Positions 25,407 through 38,514 of a DNA stretch of 64,000 bases are shown here, one piece after another. Where the stretch lies: contig NC_091470.1 in NCBI RefSeq assembly GCF_036971445.1, positions 153,016,001-153,080,000 of the forward strand. Reading direction: 5' to 3'. Made by a program: the position numbers and the translations under genes. Under the pieces are notes generated by a model. It saw only the letters and a program-made list of their open reading frames with translations, was not told where the DNA came from and made no database searches. Positions within the stretch are counted from its first letter, which is position 1. Every line of letters starts with the position of its first letter. This stretch comes from Narcine bancroftii (taxonomy: Eukaryota).

Positions 25407-25468
25407 ATTGGTTAAAAGGAAAATTGTTCCAGTTTGGGTTGTTTTTACTCAGAAGACCTACAATGCAT

Positions 25469-25706
25469 GGGCGGCGCGCTTAGTGTAGTGGTTAACGCAA
25501 TGCTCTGTCATCACCAGCAACCCGGGTTCAAATCCAACTCTGTAAGAAGCTTGTACATTCTCCATGTCTGCCTCAGTTTCCTCCAGGTGCTCAGGATTCC
25601 TTCCACCCTCCAAAAATGTGCAGGATTTTTAAGTTAATTGGTGTATTTGGACACCACGGGCTCGTGAGTTGGTAGGGCCTGTTACTATGCTGTATCTCTC
25701 AATTTT
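25469..25706 (+). mobile_element. V-SINE/HE1-like SINE immediately 3' of RPL22
   Basis: gggcggcgcgcttagtgtagtggttaacg head, ggttcaaatcc B-box, V-domain. Confidence 0.8.
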
Positions 25707-26110
25707 AAAAATGTTCTCAGTTTAGTATTAATGTATATGTACACAAAATTATAGTTCATTTTCTTTCCCTGTTGGATTTGTTTGTTCTGAGATTTGGAAT
25801 TTTCATGATATGTTTTAAGACTGGGAATCTTGTTCTGTAATTCTTTTGATTTGAATGCCTTTAATCTTCACTCATGTTCACTCTGTCGTCTTTTATAGCT
25901 TTTGCATTACACCCTTAAAATTTGTTTCTGGAATTTTGTGCATCCTTAAGTTTTGTTTACACATTGTTATTGCCTTCCTCTGACCAAGCTCGCGACTTCA
26001 GAATACCCATCTTACTTCTCCTTTAAGATGCTGATTAAAACCAAGTTCATTGGCCAAGATTTCGATTGCCACACCTGGTGTGATTTGGACTCTTCGTGTA
26101 GTTATACTTC

Positions 26111-26906
26111 TTCTTTGGCTTGGCTTCGCGGACGAAGATTTATGGAGAGGGTAAATGTCCATGTCAGCTGCAGGCTCGTTTGTGGCTGACAAGTCCGATG
26201 CGGGACAAGCAGACACGGTTGCATGGGAACATTTGTTGGTTGGGGTTGGGTGTTGGGTTTTTCCTCCTTTGCCTTTTTGTCAGTGAGGTGGGCTCTGCGG
26301 TCTTCTTCAAAGGAGGTTCCTGCCTGCCGAACTGTAAGGCGCCAAGATGCACGGTTTGAGGCGATATCAGCCCACTGGCGGTGGTCAATGTGGCAGGCAC
26401 CAAGAGATTTCTTTAGGCAGTCCTTGTACCTCTTTGGTGCACCTCTGACACGATGGCCAGTGGAGAGCTCGCCATATAACACGATCTTGGGAAGGCGATG
26501 GTCTTCCATTCTGGAGACGTGACCCACCCAGCGCAGTTGGATCTTCAACAGCGTGGATTCGATGCTGTCGGCCTCTGCCAGCTCGAGTACTTCGATGTTA
26601 GGGATGAAGTCGCTCCAATGAATGTTGATGGAGCGGAGACAACGGTGGTGGAAGCGTTCTAGGAGCCGTAGGTGATGCCGGTAGAGGACCCATGATTCGG
26701 ATCCGAACAGGAGTGTGGGTATGACAACGGCTCTGTATACACTTTGTGAGGTTTTTCAGTTGGTTGTTTTTCCAGACTCTTTTGTGTAGTCTTCCAAAGG
26801 CGCTATTTGCCTTGGCGAGTCTGTTGTCTATCTCATTGTCGATCCTTGCATCTGATGAAATGGTGCAGCCGAGATAGGTAAACTGGTAAAGACCTCAACA
26901 ATGAAG
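26111..26906 (-). mobile_element. RTE-clade LINE copy 3 with short 5' inversion and 11-bp TSD
   Basis: Near-identical to copies 1 and 2; TSD agttatacttc at 26100-26110 and 26907-26917. Confidence 0.92.
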
Positions 26907-29245
26907 AGTTATACTTCAGTGAAATGCCTTGTGACCTTTTTAGGTATAACTTAAATGCAAATTATTATTGTATTAATAACCTTTCCCATCCACATGGAGT
27001 AGCTGGGTAACCATTTCAAGGAATCTTGGATATCTCAGCTCGCTTTCTTACCACAGACTAATTATGGAACCCGCAGCTGTAACCAATTGCTGACACTAAA
27101 TATGAATTTACAGATTTTGTTTAGGGCCATCATTGTTAATGTGTTCAGGATAATTTATTAATTATTTTGGCAGCTTCTGGATTAAATATTCAAAGTTACA
27201 TATTAAGATTGCACCTGAGATGTTTTCCTTCACAAATTGTGATGCCTTTTGGAATACTTTCATTTTGAACACTTGCTAAGATCTTCTTGGAATCTGGGGG
27301 ACCTGGGTTTCGGTCAGGACCATTCCATTTCTCTGTTTCTCTATTATAATTGCTCAAATAATGAGACATTCTAGACAGGTGCTTCCTGACATTTTGTCTT
27401 CCTGAACCTTGGTATGTCTCCCATAATTGACAAGAGTCCTGACTTTATCTTTGCTTTCACTCATTCCTAGACAGAATGAGGAGAGAATACTCCTGAACTT
27501 ACCACCTCATTGCAATTGCAATCACCCTTTGCAATTACTGATAACTTCACAATTCTGCCACCAGACTTCTCCCCTTTTAGCATTTTGAAGATACCATTCC
27601 CTCTGACTCTGAGCAGATAGAGAATTGCTGGAGGAACTCAACAGGTTAGACAGAATCCATGGGCAGTTAATATTTTGCATCTGATCCCTTTGTCAAGATT
27701 CCCAGGTCCACTCTTCTGTTCCTACCAACCACTCACCTTTCACCACCTTCCCATGTAACTGCAGTAGATGAAGTACCTGTCCTTTTAACTCTTCCCACCA
27801 TTGAGGGACCCATATAGTCCTTCCTGGTAATGCACTTCCAATCTCCTACACTGCATTTGATGTTTGCAGTATGGACTACAATGGATACATCACAATTTAA
27901 GGAACTGATTATTTCTGCTGCATTATTCAGCTTTGATAGTGGCTTTGTTTTTTCTCTCCTTTAGCACAGCTTGAGCTGACCATCTGAAGCCTTCCAACGA
28001 ACATTTACATTACTTTCTTTAATTTGTCTTTTTTTCATAGCTTTCAATTTGTCTAACTGCTGTCATTGACCAAGTGATCATAGCCTTGTCCTATTACCTT
28101 TGTTCCTTCCATCTTTTCCTACCTACTCCCACTCCTGACAAATGTTCTTCATTGTGAAATTTTAACCCTTTTACTGGCCAACCTCCGTATAATCATTACA
28201 TTAAATGATTGAAATGTTCTTCCCAGCACATGGCAAAAATGCATTTAAGGGAAAGTACTTGTCTGTAGACACTGTTTTTGCTGATGAGGGCACAGGTGGA
28301 GCACCACCTATGGTCACAGGAAGGTGCCAAGAGGGCGATTGGTTGGAAGGGAGGAGTGGATGAGAGGGTCGTGGAGGGAGGAGAAGAAGATGTGTCAGGT
28401 GGTAGCATCATGTAGTAGGCAACGGAATTGTCTGATTTGGTTCTAATTGCCCAGTAGCCTTCTCCAACCTTCCTGCACTTTTCATGCCTTTCAAGCATCT
28501 CTTTCATTAATGCAAGTTCATTTCTTTTATTAGCACTTTGTAATAAACAATTTTGAAGGTTACTTAAATTCATTTTAATCTAATTTTCAGAAACATTAAG
28601 AATTTGTGAATGAATGATTCTCAACATCGGATCACTCAACACAATTGAATCCTGGCATTTTTCAAATCTTGAGCACAGAATTCTGAATTTTATCACATGG
28701 CTTTGCTATTTTTGAAAGAATAGAATATACATTTAAAAAGGAACTGCTTGTAGTATTGGTTAAGGAACAAATGAATTGAAATAATATTTTTGTAGTACAG
28801 GCATAATGGGCTAAAGAGCCAGACCCAATGAAAAGAATTCACAAAATGTTTGTGGAACTTTGGAGCTCTTGCCCCAAGGGGTACAGTCTTCCATTTAATT
28901 AAGATCCTTGCAAAATATTTTGGATGCTCAAAAATTAATGGAAGCTGGTATAGGGTAGAATGAAATAGTACATCAGCCAGGACAATGCTGAATTGTCCAC
29001 TCATTTGAGTTTCTACATTCCCAATTTCTGGCTCTGCTTCCTTAGTATTTGGAATTCTAGAATATTGAAGACTCTGGAGGAGGCCATGGCCCATTGCCTT
29101 TGCTGGTTGAAAAAGAACTAACCTGCCAGCATTAGGTCCTGCAGGTTATGGCTCTTCAAATATGCAACCAAGTACATGGTTACGTCACTACTGTTAAAAG
29201 CAGTGAGTTTCCCTCTCATCTTCCCTCAAACCCTTCTCCCAAATA

Positions 29246-29383
29246 TTTTAGACTTACAGCATGGTAACAGGCCATTTTGGCCCATGAGTGCATACTGGGG
29301 GTGTAGGTTAATTGGGTGGCACTGGTCAAATAAGCCCTGTTACTGTGTTCGATGTCTAAAAATTCAAAGGTCGGCCACCCCTG
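29246..29383. mobile_element. Inverted SINE tails ending in a hAT-like TIR
   Basis: tttagacttacagcatggtaacagg ... cctgttactgtgttcgatgtctaaa followed by ggtcggccacccctg. Confidence 0.6.
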
Positions 29384-30924
29384 CTTTAGATCATTGCCTT
29401 GCTCATTTTTGATCCCTCTAAAATTCTCTCGCAAATCCAGGCTTAAACTTCCCTTGCTGATCGACAAGCTTTTGGTTTGTTGGAAGATTGTCTCCATCAG
29501 TCATTTACTCTGGTGTCAGGTCTTATCGTTAAAGTCAAAAAGTTGTTCTTGTGGACTTTTATATTTGAGGATTCATATTTTTTCCTCATCTGGTGTCCAT
29601 TTATTCTCTTTCTAGCTCAAGAAATCTTGGTTTTCAGTGCTTGGATTAGTTTTTTTTACCCTCTAATCTCCATTTTTACTAAGTTTTTGAGGTTATCAGA
29701 TGAATATCATTGCTAATCCGAAAACCACTTTAGACAATGAGCAGGCACCAAAATAGATGTGCTCTGCTGTGTTGGCTAAGATTTAAATTAAATTTAGACA
29801 TTCAGTATGGTAACAGGCCTTTTGGGCCAATTACACTCAATTGACCTACAACCCTGGTACATTTCAAATGGTTACTTGACAAGAGGGGACAACAAAATAA
29901 TAGGCAATGTTCCCTGAATCAGATAATGTTCAGCTTTTGCTTGTTGAGAAATAAACCTTGCTAAAAGGGTGTACATATGTACAAAAGATGGTCATCTGCA
30001 GTAATCCCAGTGCCGACTTGACTGGCGGCTCCACATTCATCTACGCAGAAAGATTCGCACTTGGAGATGCATGTAAAAATAATAAAATGTTGATCTTTTA
30101 GGTATAGAAACTAAGGTAGAAATGTTGCATATGTTCTTTTCCTGATCCTTGTTATCAACTTTGGAAAAATTCCTGGGACAGCAGAAAAGGTTTTTTCTGT
30201 TGAATGTAGAGTTTGATATTTATGGTTGCTTTCTGACTGCAATGTTTGCTCTTGTAGGATTTTGTCGACTGCACAAAATGAATCATGTAAAAGGGGACCA
30301 TATGGTATATGCAGAGAGTCACAGTTAGAACATCAACTTAGAACTGTTAAAATACATTTGCTAGCCAACTAAACCAATTTCACAAAGAGCAAGTGATTCC
30401 AACTAATGCTATATAAATAGATGAAAGTTTCCCAATTCTCATAGATATTCTTTGAGAGACTTTCATCACCCCTCCCAGTTAATTTATCCTCCACTGCAAA
30501 ATGTGAATAACAGTTACAAATTTAGAGTGAAGGAGATCACTTAGCTGATCATATTTAAGTGTGGAATCCTATTTCCAACTTTCATTGTACTTTATCTAAA
30601 TTGCTTTCATTTTGCTGGACTACAATTTGTGGGGAAGAATCTGATCTGTGGGTTATGCTCTGCCTTTTCCTGACTACAATACAAAATGTATAAATGGGGA
30701 TAAGGAATTAGGTGAGGAGTTTGAGGAATAGTTAAGTAGAAGCTGTGCGAGGATGGAGGTGTCTAATTATTACAATGTTACTAAATGTCGAGTGCATCTG
30801 TAATATAAATAAAGGTTATAATATGAACATTTAGAAATAATTTAAGCTATGTATCTTTATTTGAAATGTCTTGCAGACTGAGTTGTAGAAATCTAGGCTT
30901 TATAAGCGAGTAAGGGGGGGGTAC

Positions 30925-31530
30925 ACAGACGTCTGTAGACACTCACAGTAAATGCTGGAGGAACTCAGCAGGTCTCGCAGCATCCATAGGCGGAAAAGGT
31001 ATACTGATATTTTGGGCCTGAACCCTTCTTCAAGGCTTAAGCAAAAAGCAGGCAGGCACCTCAATAAAGACAGAAGAGTGGAAGAATGGGGGGGGGGGGG
31101 GGCAGGAAGGAGTCCAGAGCAACAAACAAAAAGGTGTTAATTGGATATGAGAGGAAAGATGAGAATTGATTTTGGCTCTGTGAAAGGAAACAGATGGAAA
31201 AGGGAAGAGAGAGAGAACTAGAGAAAAGGAGTTGGGGCCAAAGATGCAAGTGAGGGTGGTGAGGTTTTAACAGAAATCTGAAGTTAATGCCATCTGGTTT
31301 TGAGGGTGCCCAGACAGAAGATGAGGTGTTCCTCCAATTTGCGAGTGTTCTCAGTCTGGCAGTGCACCCTCCCCTTCCTGTTCTTCCACCTTTTTCTCTG
31401 TTTTCATTAAGCCTGCCTGCTTTTTGCTGATACCTTGAAGGGCTCAGGCCAGAAACATAGATAATGTATATTTTCCTTTTATGGATGCTGCAAGACCAGC
31501 TGAGTTCCTCTAGCATTTACTGTTGTTTTT
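30925..31530. mobile_element. Penelope-like element with inverted pLTR arrangement
   Basis: cagtaaatgctggaggaactcagcaggtctcgcagcatccat ... atggatgctgcaagaccagctgagttcctctagcatttactg. Confidence 0.75.
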
Positions 31531-31869
31531 ACTTATAAACATGGGCGTGGAGTACAGGAGCAAAAATAGCTACCATCAGTCACAACTGGAATACAGTATT
31601 ATGTTATAGCTTGGATTGATCTTGAAATGGATAGCATTGGAAAGGAACCTGATATTTGAAATGATGAAGGGAACAGACCGATGCTGGAAAAAAGACAAGA
31701 CATAAAACTAAGAATATTGACATAAGAATCGAAAGTGACCTGATGATTTTTTAAATGCATAATTGGTAATAATCTGAAATATACCGGCTGAGGATATTAG
31801 AAGTAGCATTGTTTGAAAGGAAATTAAATGGGTTTATGGGAAGAGGATGTATACTCTGACAATAAATTT

Positions 31870-32781
31870 GATTTCTATATGTGACATCACATACAACCCT
31901 GAGATTCCTTTTTCCTGTGGGTGTGGCAGAATTACCACAAATTGGTAGTGTAAAATATAAACTACACAGTAAAGAACTGTAAACCGATAACAAATCTAAA
32001 CAAACTGCAATACAGAGAGAACAAAAGAAAATCAATAAAGTGCACAAGTAAGAATCCTTAAATTAGTCTGAATTTGTCACTGAGGAGTCTGATGGAGGGG
32101 TGGCAGCTGTTCCTGAACCTGCTGGTGCGAATCTTGTGGCACCTAGACCTCTTTCCTGATGGTAACAGCGAGAACAGAGCATGTGCTGGGTGGTGTGGGT
32201 TTTTGATGATTTGCTGCTGCCCTCCGACGGCAGCGTTCCCTGTAGATTTACTCAATAGTATTGAGGGTTTTGCCTGTGATGTCCTGGGCTGCGACCACTA
32301 CCTTTTGGAGGGCTTTACACTCAGGGGTATTGATGGTCCCATACCAGATGGTGATGCAGCCAGTCAGCACACTTTCCACTGTACCTCTGTAGAAATTTGC
32401 CAGGGTTTTCGATGTCATACCCAACCTCTACAAACTCTTGAAGTAGAGGTGCTGACATGCTTTCTTCACAATGCCATTGGTGTGTGGGGTCCAGAAAAGA
32501 TCCTCTGAAATGGTGACTCCCAATAACTTACATTTGCTCACTCTCCCCATCTCTGATTCTCCCAATGATCATTGAATTGTGTACCTTTGGCTTTACTTTC
32601 CTGAAGTCAACAATCAGCTCCTTAGTTTTGGTGACAGTAAGTGCAAGGTCTGTTGTTGGTGCACCATTCAGCCAAGTTTTCAATCTCCATCCTGCATGCT
32701 GACTCATCCCCGTCCTTTATATGACCTGTGGTATCGTCGGCAAATTTGTAGATGGTGTTATAGTTGTACTGAGCTACACAG
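31870..32781 (-). mobile_element. Rex1/Babar-type LINE 3' part
   Basis: IYKFADDTT..DESACRMEIENLAEWCTNN; IIKNPHHPAHALFSLLPSGKR..RTSRFRNS. Confidence 0.82.
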
Positions 32782-35099
32782 TGGAAATGGGACCAGTTTG
32801 GTTGCTCTTGCAAGAAGCCAGAGCCTTCTGTGCAACAACATTACTGTGGGGCTGTAGCTCGCTTTAGTCGGAGGTATCAGCAAAAGATTATCACTTTCTA
32901 AAACATTAAAAGTATTTTAAACAGATAGAAAAGTGGAATGAACATCAATAAACTATCAGATGTGTTAACCATGCATCATTTAAGTTATTTTCAGAAAACT
33001 GACCCATGTAGCCTGCAGGTGTTGGCTTCATTTTTTTTTTGCCATGGTTTTTCTTCCAGGGATATGAACACATGATGTTACCCTCACATTGATCGGAGGT
33101 AAATCTTGGGTTGCATGTGAAAATAAATGCCTATAATAAGAGTGTGGTGATCAAACACAGTGAAATAATGTGGTGTTTAAACCTCAAGGGCTGCATCATA
33201 TTTTCCCATGGAATATTGTCAAAGATTCCATCAGTCCAAGATTCTTGCATTCCTTAAGCTTACTGCCAGGGAACAGGTGTTATTGCCCATTCCAATCCTT
33301 ATTGAGGTTTGACTGGTTTCAGGTGAAATAATTTGCCAGAGATTACACATGGAGACCATGCTCTAAAATGCATCAATGTGAATTTAAAGACAAATGATCT
33401 TATAGGAAGATGCAGGTAAAGTTGCATTGTCTAGAGCTAGTTTCTATTATATGATCATAAATGACAAATAATAATTGCGTTTAAAACATGTTTCCTTTTA
33501 AAAAAAATTTAAATTGGTGTTTCCTCTGAAATGCAAATCATCATTTTATTTATTTTTGGGAATTGGAGGAGGATTTGCTGCAGATTGAAACATAATTCAG
33601 GAAAGTTCAGTCACTTTAAGGACAAACTCTTCACAAAGTGTGATCTCTTCCAGGTATTGGCTTGCTGTCAGGATGTGCCAAATACCTATAACAAATGCTT
33701 CTTCCAAATAAACATTGCCAAAAGAACTGATGGCAGACAAAATCCACAGGATGCTCACGAGTGAGCACAGCCTTGATATAACATTTGGGTAACAAGCTTT
33801 CACTAAGTCCTGCTTCTAACCACAGTGAACCTCCATGCATTCAACTGGATTTTGGAGTAGGTCAAATTCCAGACCTAAATATTTATTTTCCAGGAGAAAC
33901 TGATGGGCCATCAAACAAAAGGAATATCAAATGTGCTGTCTTTCTAGTCGAGTGCAGCAAGTAAAAAATATAATCCATATGAATAAATTGCATCCAGTTG
34001 CTGACAGATTTGAAGTGTCTTTATTCTTTATGTTACATTCTTTGTAACTAATTACGGATGAGTTTGTAAAGTTTCAGTTAGACTAAACTGATTTTTAAAA
34101 CTTCAATTACCTGTCCTAGTTGGTGTGTGGTTTAATTACTTCTACAGATTACATGCAACCTCCTATCTCCATGTTCAAAACTTGCCAGTGATGCATCATT
34201 GAATAAAAAATTATATAAACTTTTCAAGGAAGAAACAAAGAACCTTGCAGTATTTCCCTTTTATTCACTGGGAATTTGAGAGTGGATAAACAGCTTGCAT
34301 AGATCCTCTGACCTTGGTTGATCTCTGGAAAAAAAATGTCACAGTTCCATGGGACTTAACTATTAAAAGGCAAAGTTGAGCAAATTTAGAGTGAGAAGGA
34401 AAGCACGTGGATGCGTTAAACGATTGTGGAACAGGTTATCAGAAAAGAATACAAGTAGGTTCAAGAGGTAATTAAATGCATTCTTAGAGAGAAGGTTGGA
34501 TATAGCCATAGAAATAGGATTGTGTTCAAAGGCCTTGTAATGGTGATCACAAGAAGTATCAGTGGTACATTCTGCAATATGCTACTGATGAAAGTCTAGC
34601 AATCTGTGCAGAGAATATTTTGGTTGGGCCATTTGGAAAGATAAATGACTATTAATACTGCAACAGAGCAGGTGTCAAAGTTACAGTTATAAAGACCACC
34701 ATTTAGGGAAAATGATGATTATATAGGATAAACTCCAGTGCAAGTAATCCCATTCATGAATTTTGTCTAATTATATCATCTTTGAGAAATAAGTGCTGCT
34801 CTATGACTCCAAACCTCACTCACAGACCTGTTCAAAGACGTTGGCAATGTAGTTTTGCAGGCAGATGAATTCAGTTGATTGCATTTTTTAAAAAAATAAG
34901 ATGATTTACAGATTTTATATTTTAAACATTGAAATAGAAATGTGTGCCTAAAACATTTTAAAAGTATTGAGGGAACATTTCATCAGGAATGGAGAAAGAG
35001 GCACGAAAACTTTCTCCCTTCCCCCACTCCCCCCCCATTTCCAAACAACAAGCGTCGACCAGCACCAAAAACTGGTTAACTACTACCATAACTAGCAGG

Positions 35100-35540
35100 T
35101 TAGGGATAATTATGGGATGCATGGTTACCGGGGCAACCAGACGAGACGTCACAACTGGGCATGTGCGTTCCAATTTTTTCTCTCCCCTCTTTCTGTCTCT
35201 TTTTTTGGATTATTTTCAGGCGGGGGGCTGAGGAGATTTTTTTTGTTGGTGTGTGGCGGCCATTTTTTCACCTCACCCTGACAAATCTGTCAATATAGTC
35301 ACTCCTGTCCTCTTTTTTTAGAAAAAGCAATCCAACAAGGGCTCCCTCCTGTCTTTTATTCATTTAGTTTTTTTTGTGTTGTTGCAGAACCTCCTTATTT
35401 GCATTTCATTTTGGTTTTTTTAAATGTATGTTTCCTCTTCAGGATTTTCCCCCATGTAATTTATTTTCCTCTGACCACCCCGTCAGCACCTTTATCTCTC
35501 TTTACATTACAAATACATTTAGATATAACTTAACCATTCA
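35100..35540 (+). promoter_or_regulatory. CHD5: CHD5 promoter / 5' UTR
   Basis: RFX X-box GTTACCggGGCAAC 35124-35137, CRE-like GACGTCA 35145-35151, YY1 GCGGCCATTTT 35256-35266; CpG-rich sequence continues to about 36000. Confidence 0.65.
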
Positions 35541-35601
35541 ATGATGCCGGCATCTTTTGGCAATGAGGAGGACGGGATGGAAAACGATGAGGGCGCCCCA
35601 G
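35541..35601 (+). CDS. CHD5: CHD5 (Mi-2 family chromatin remodeller) coding exon 1
   Basis: MMPASFGNEEDGMENDEGAP+G|gtaggt, phase 1. Resembles human CHD5 MRGPVGTEEE...MENEDE and joins in frame to exon 2; downstream of RPL22 on the same strand. Confidence 0.8.
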
Positions 35602-37184
35602 GTAGGTGCAGATGAGGTCATTAATAATCATTTTCATGCTTCAAGTTGTCCGCGCAAGAAGAAAAAAAATACTAACCCGGCAAAAACCAGCCCTCTGCTA
35701 CATTGTGTATATTTAGTAACTAAGGACGTGCGTATCTGATAGGAAGCAGAGGCGCGCCACGGATAACGGCAACTTCAGGGTTGGAATCCGGTAGCAAAGT
35801 GAGCGGAGGAGGAGGAGGAGCAGGGAAGCCGGGGCCCGTGTGGAAGCCGCGGTGCGGGGTCTGTGGCTCGGCCTCCGCTCCCTCGCTGCCACCGCCGGCA
35901 CTTTGTGCTCGATGCGCCCCGATGACAGACAGGGCGAACGGGGCTGATGCCTATGCAGCACTTATCTTTTGTTTCTGCGAATTTTAGTGAGAGGGAGAGA
36001 GAGAGGAAAAATGTCTTTAAAAACGGAAAGTGGCCGCTTGAAGCAAAGTGGGGGGTGGAGAGGAGAAATTCACCAAAACCTGAGTAGTGTCCGAGAATGT
36101 TAAATCTGCGTATTTCTCCCTGAAACTCTGCATGTAGATTACTTTCAATCTTGCTCAGTGGTGCAAGATTGCATTTTGATGGCTTTTTGTACTATTCTAA
36201 CCTGTGGTCTTGTTTTTTTTTAATCTGCCTCCCCTTCAATAATTATAAATGAACATTACGTTGACATTTGCTGCAATTTTTACATGCGATACATGCCTAT
36301 ATGGACATTGTTTTGAGTCTCGGGGTCCAAATTATGAATATCGGAACTGGTTTCAATTCTCGTGGACATTTACTTGTTGCATTTGCTGGATTCATGAAAG
36401 GGGGCAATTTCTGAGTTAATAAGTGTTTTTTTTAAAGGAATGCTTTATGTTGAAATACCGTACCGTTAATTACTAATTGCATTGTATTTTAAGGGAGATC
36501 TACTTGTACAACGTAAAAGTTGTATAACTAAAATTCATGAGGTGGCCAAGAGTTTAGGGTTTGCACTCGTGGTCAGTTTTGCCCCATTAAGCTGCCCACC
36601 TCTCCCTCTCTACCTTGAAGTACAAATATTATTCAAAGCAGGCCTATTATGACGTCACAAAGCAGGCTGCAGCCTACCCTGCTGGTGGTTGGCGCCCCGC
36701 CTCCTCATCTGCCTTCTCATTGGCCGGCAGTGTAATGCCCGGCTTTGTGATAGGTCACTGACTGAGATTGGCGACGTAAGGTTGAGCGATACTGAATGTT
36801 GAAATTACTTGTATCCAAAAGGCAGATAAAAAAAAAAATCTTTTGTTTCAGCTGTTCTACCGTTCAGGATTACTGATGTTGCTTGACACAGTTGGATGTC
36901 ATTCGGGTGGCCACGACCCTTTCAAAAAAAATTTTGTTTTATTTTCGTCGGTTTTATCATCTTCCATTGAAGGTTATCAGATTAGTATCTCGGCCAAGCA
37001 TCGGCTTTATTTAGAACCAGTTACCATGTATGTGCAGATGCGTGGTTGTATGCAGAACCACCACCACACACACCTGCACACCACATGTGCTCAGAAAAGC
37101 ATGCACACCTCTTAGACAAAAATATTGGAACAGCCTTGTGGTTCTTCAATCCTGTTCTGTTATGATGATAGTAAATCTTTTTAT

Positions 37185-38490
37185 AATTGGAAAGAGGTCC
37201 TTCAGTCCAGCTTGTCCACGCCAATTAAGTTATTCATTTGTCTCATTTGCCTGCATTTGGCCCATATCCTGGTAAACCTTTCCTTCCCATGTACCCCTCT
37301 AAATGTCTGTAAAACGTTCCAGTTATACCTGCCTCTTCCTCTGGCTGCTCGATCCACATACATGAAAATGCCTCATTTCACTTAAAATCTTTCCCCTCAT
37401 GTTTTCAACTATCCTGGGGAAAATACAGACTATTTATTTGATTCGTGCCTCTCGTGATTTTATCTACCTCTATCTGGGCAAACTTCAACGATCTATGCTC
37501 CAGGGAGAAAAGTTCCAATCCATGTAGCTTCAAGTCTCCCAGTCCCAGTAACATTCATAGGCATATTTTCCATTCTAGACACCCATTCTAGCTTGATTAT
37601 ATTTTTCTTATTGCCACATCACCAGACTGCACACAATACTCCGTGTGATCACACCAGCATCTCATTCAGTTGTATTATGACGTCCAAACTCCTGTACTCT
37701 TATGTTCTGACCAATGAAAGCAAAGGGGCCAAATGCCTTCTTCACATCCTGAGTTCCTGTATTGCCACCTTCTAGGAATGACGTACCTGTATCCCTAGGA
37801 CTCTCTGTTTTACGACACTCTCCAGGACCTGCATATTTACTGTGCAAGTTCAGTCTTGGTTAATGTTGGCCTTCATTGGTAGGGGGATTGAGTTTAGGAG
37901 CAGGGAGGTTATGCTGCAACTATACTGGGTACTGGTGAGGCTGCAATTGGAATACTGCATGTAGTTTTTGTCTCCTTACTTGAGGAAGGATGTACTGACC
38001 TTGGGGCGGTCCAGAATAGGTTCACTAGATTGATTCCAGAGATGAAGGGGTAAGCCTGTGAGGAGAGATTGAATTGTCTGGGACTGTATTCACTAGAATT
38101 CAGAAAAATGAGAGGGTATCTTAGAAATGTATAAAATTATGAGAGGAATAGAGAAGACGGAGGTAGATAAGTTTCTTTCCACTGGTAGGTGAGTTGAGAA
38201 TTAGGGGGCATAGCCTTAAGATTCAGGGTAGTAGATTTAGGATGGAACTGCTTTTTCCAGAGGGTGGTGAATCTATGTCTATGGAATTCCCTGTCTATGA
38301 AAGCAGTGATGGCGACCTCGGTAACCAATTTTAAAACAAGATAGGACAGAACAAAACACAGCATCTTGCACTGGTCCAAGTTAACTTCCACCTACCATTC
38401 CTTGGCCCATTTTCCAAATTCATCTAAATTCAGTTGAATCTCAGATAACCTTCTTCACTGTTCACAATGCCACCAATTTTGGTTTCATTT
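37185..38490. mobile_element. Cluster of CR1 fragments in both orientations
   Basis: Minus 37185-37860, plus 37860-38345 (ttggaatactgcatgtagttt; gaggagagattg; cagagggtggtgaatct), minus 38350-38490. Confidence 0.7.
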
Positions 38491-38514
38491 GGCCAACTAA
38501 TTCTCCTTAAATCA

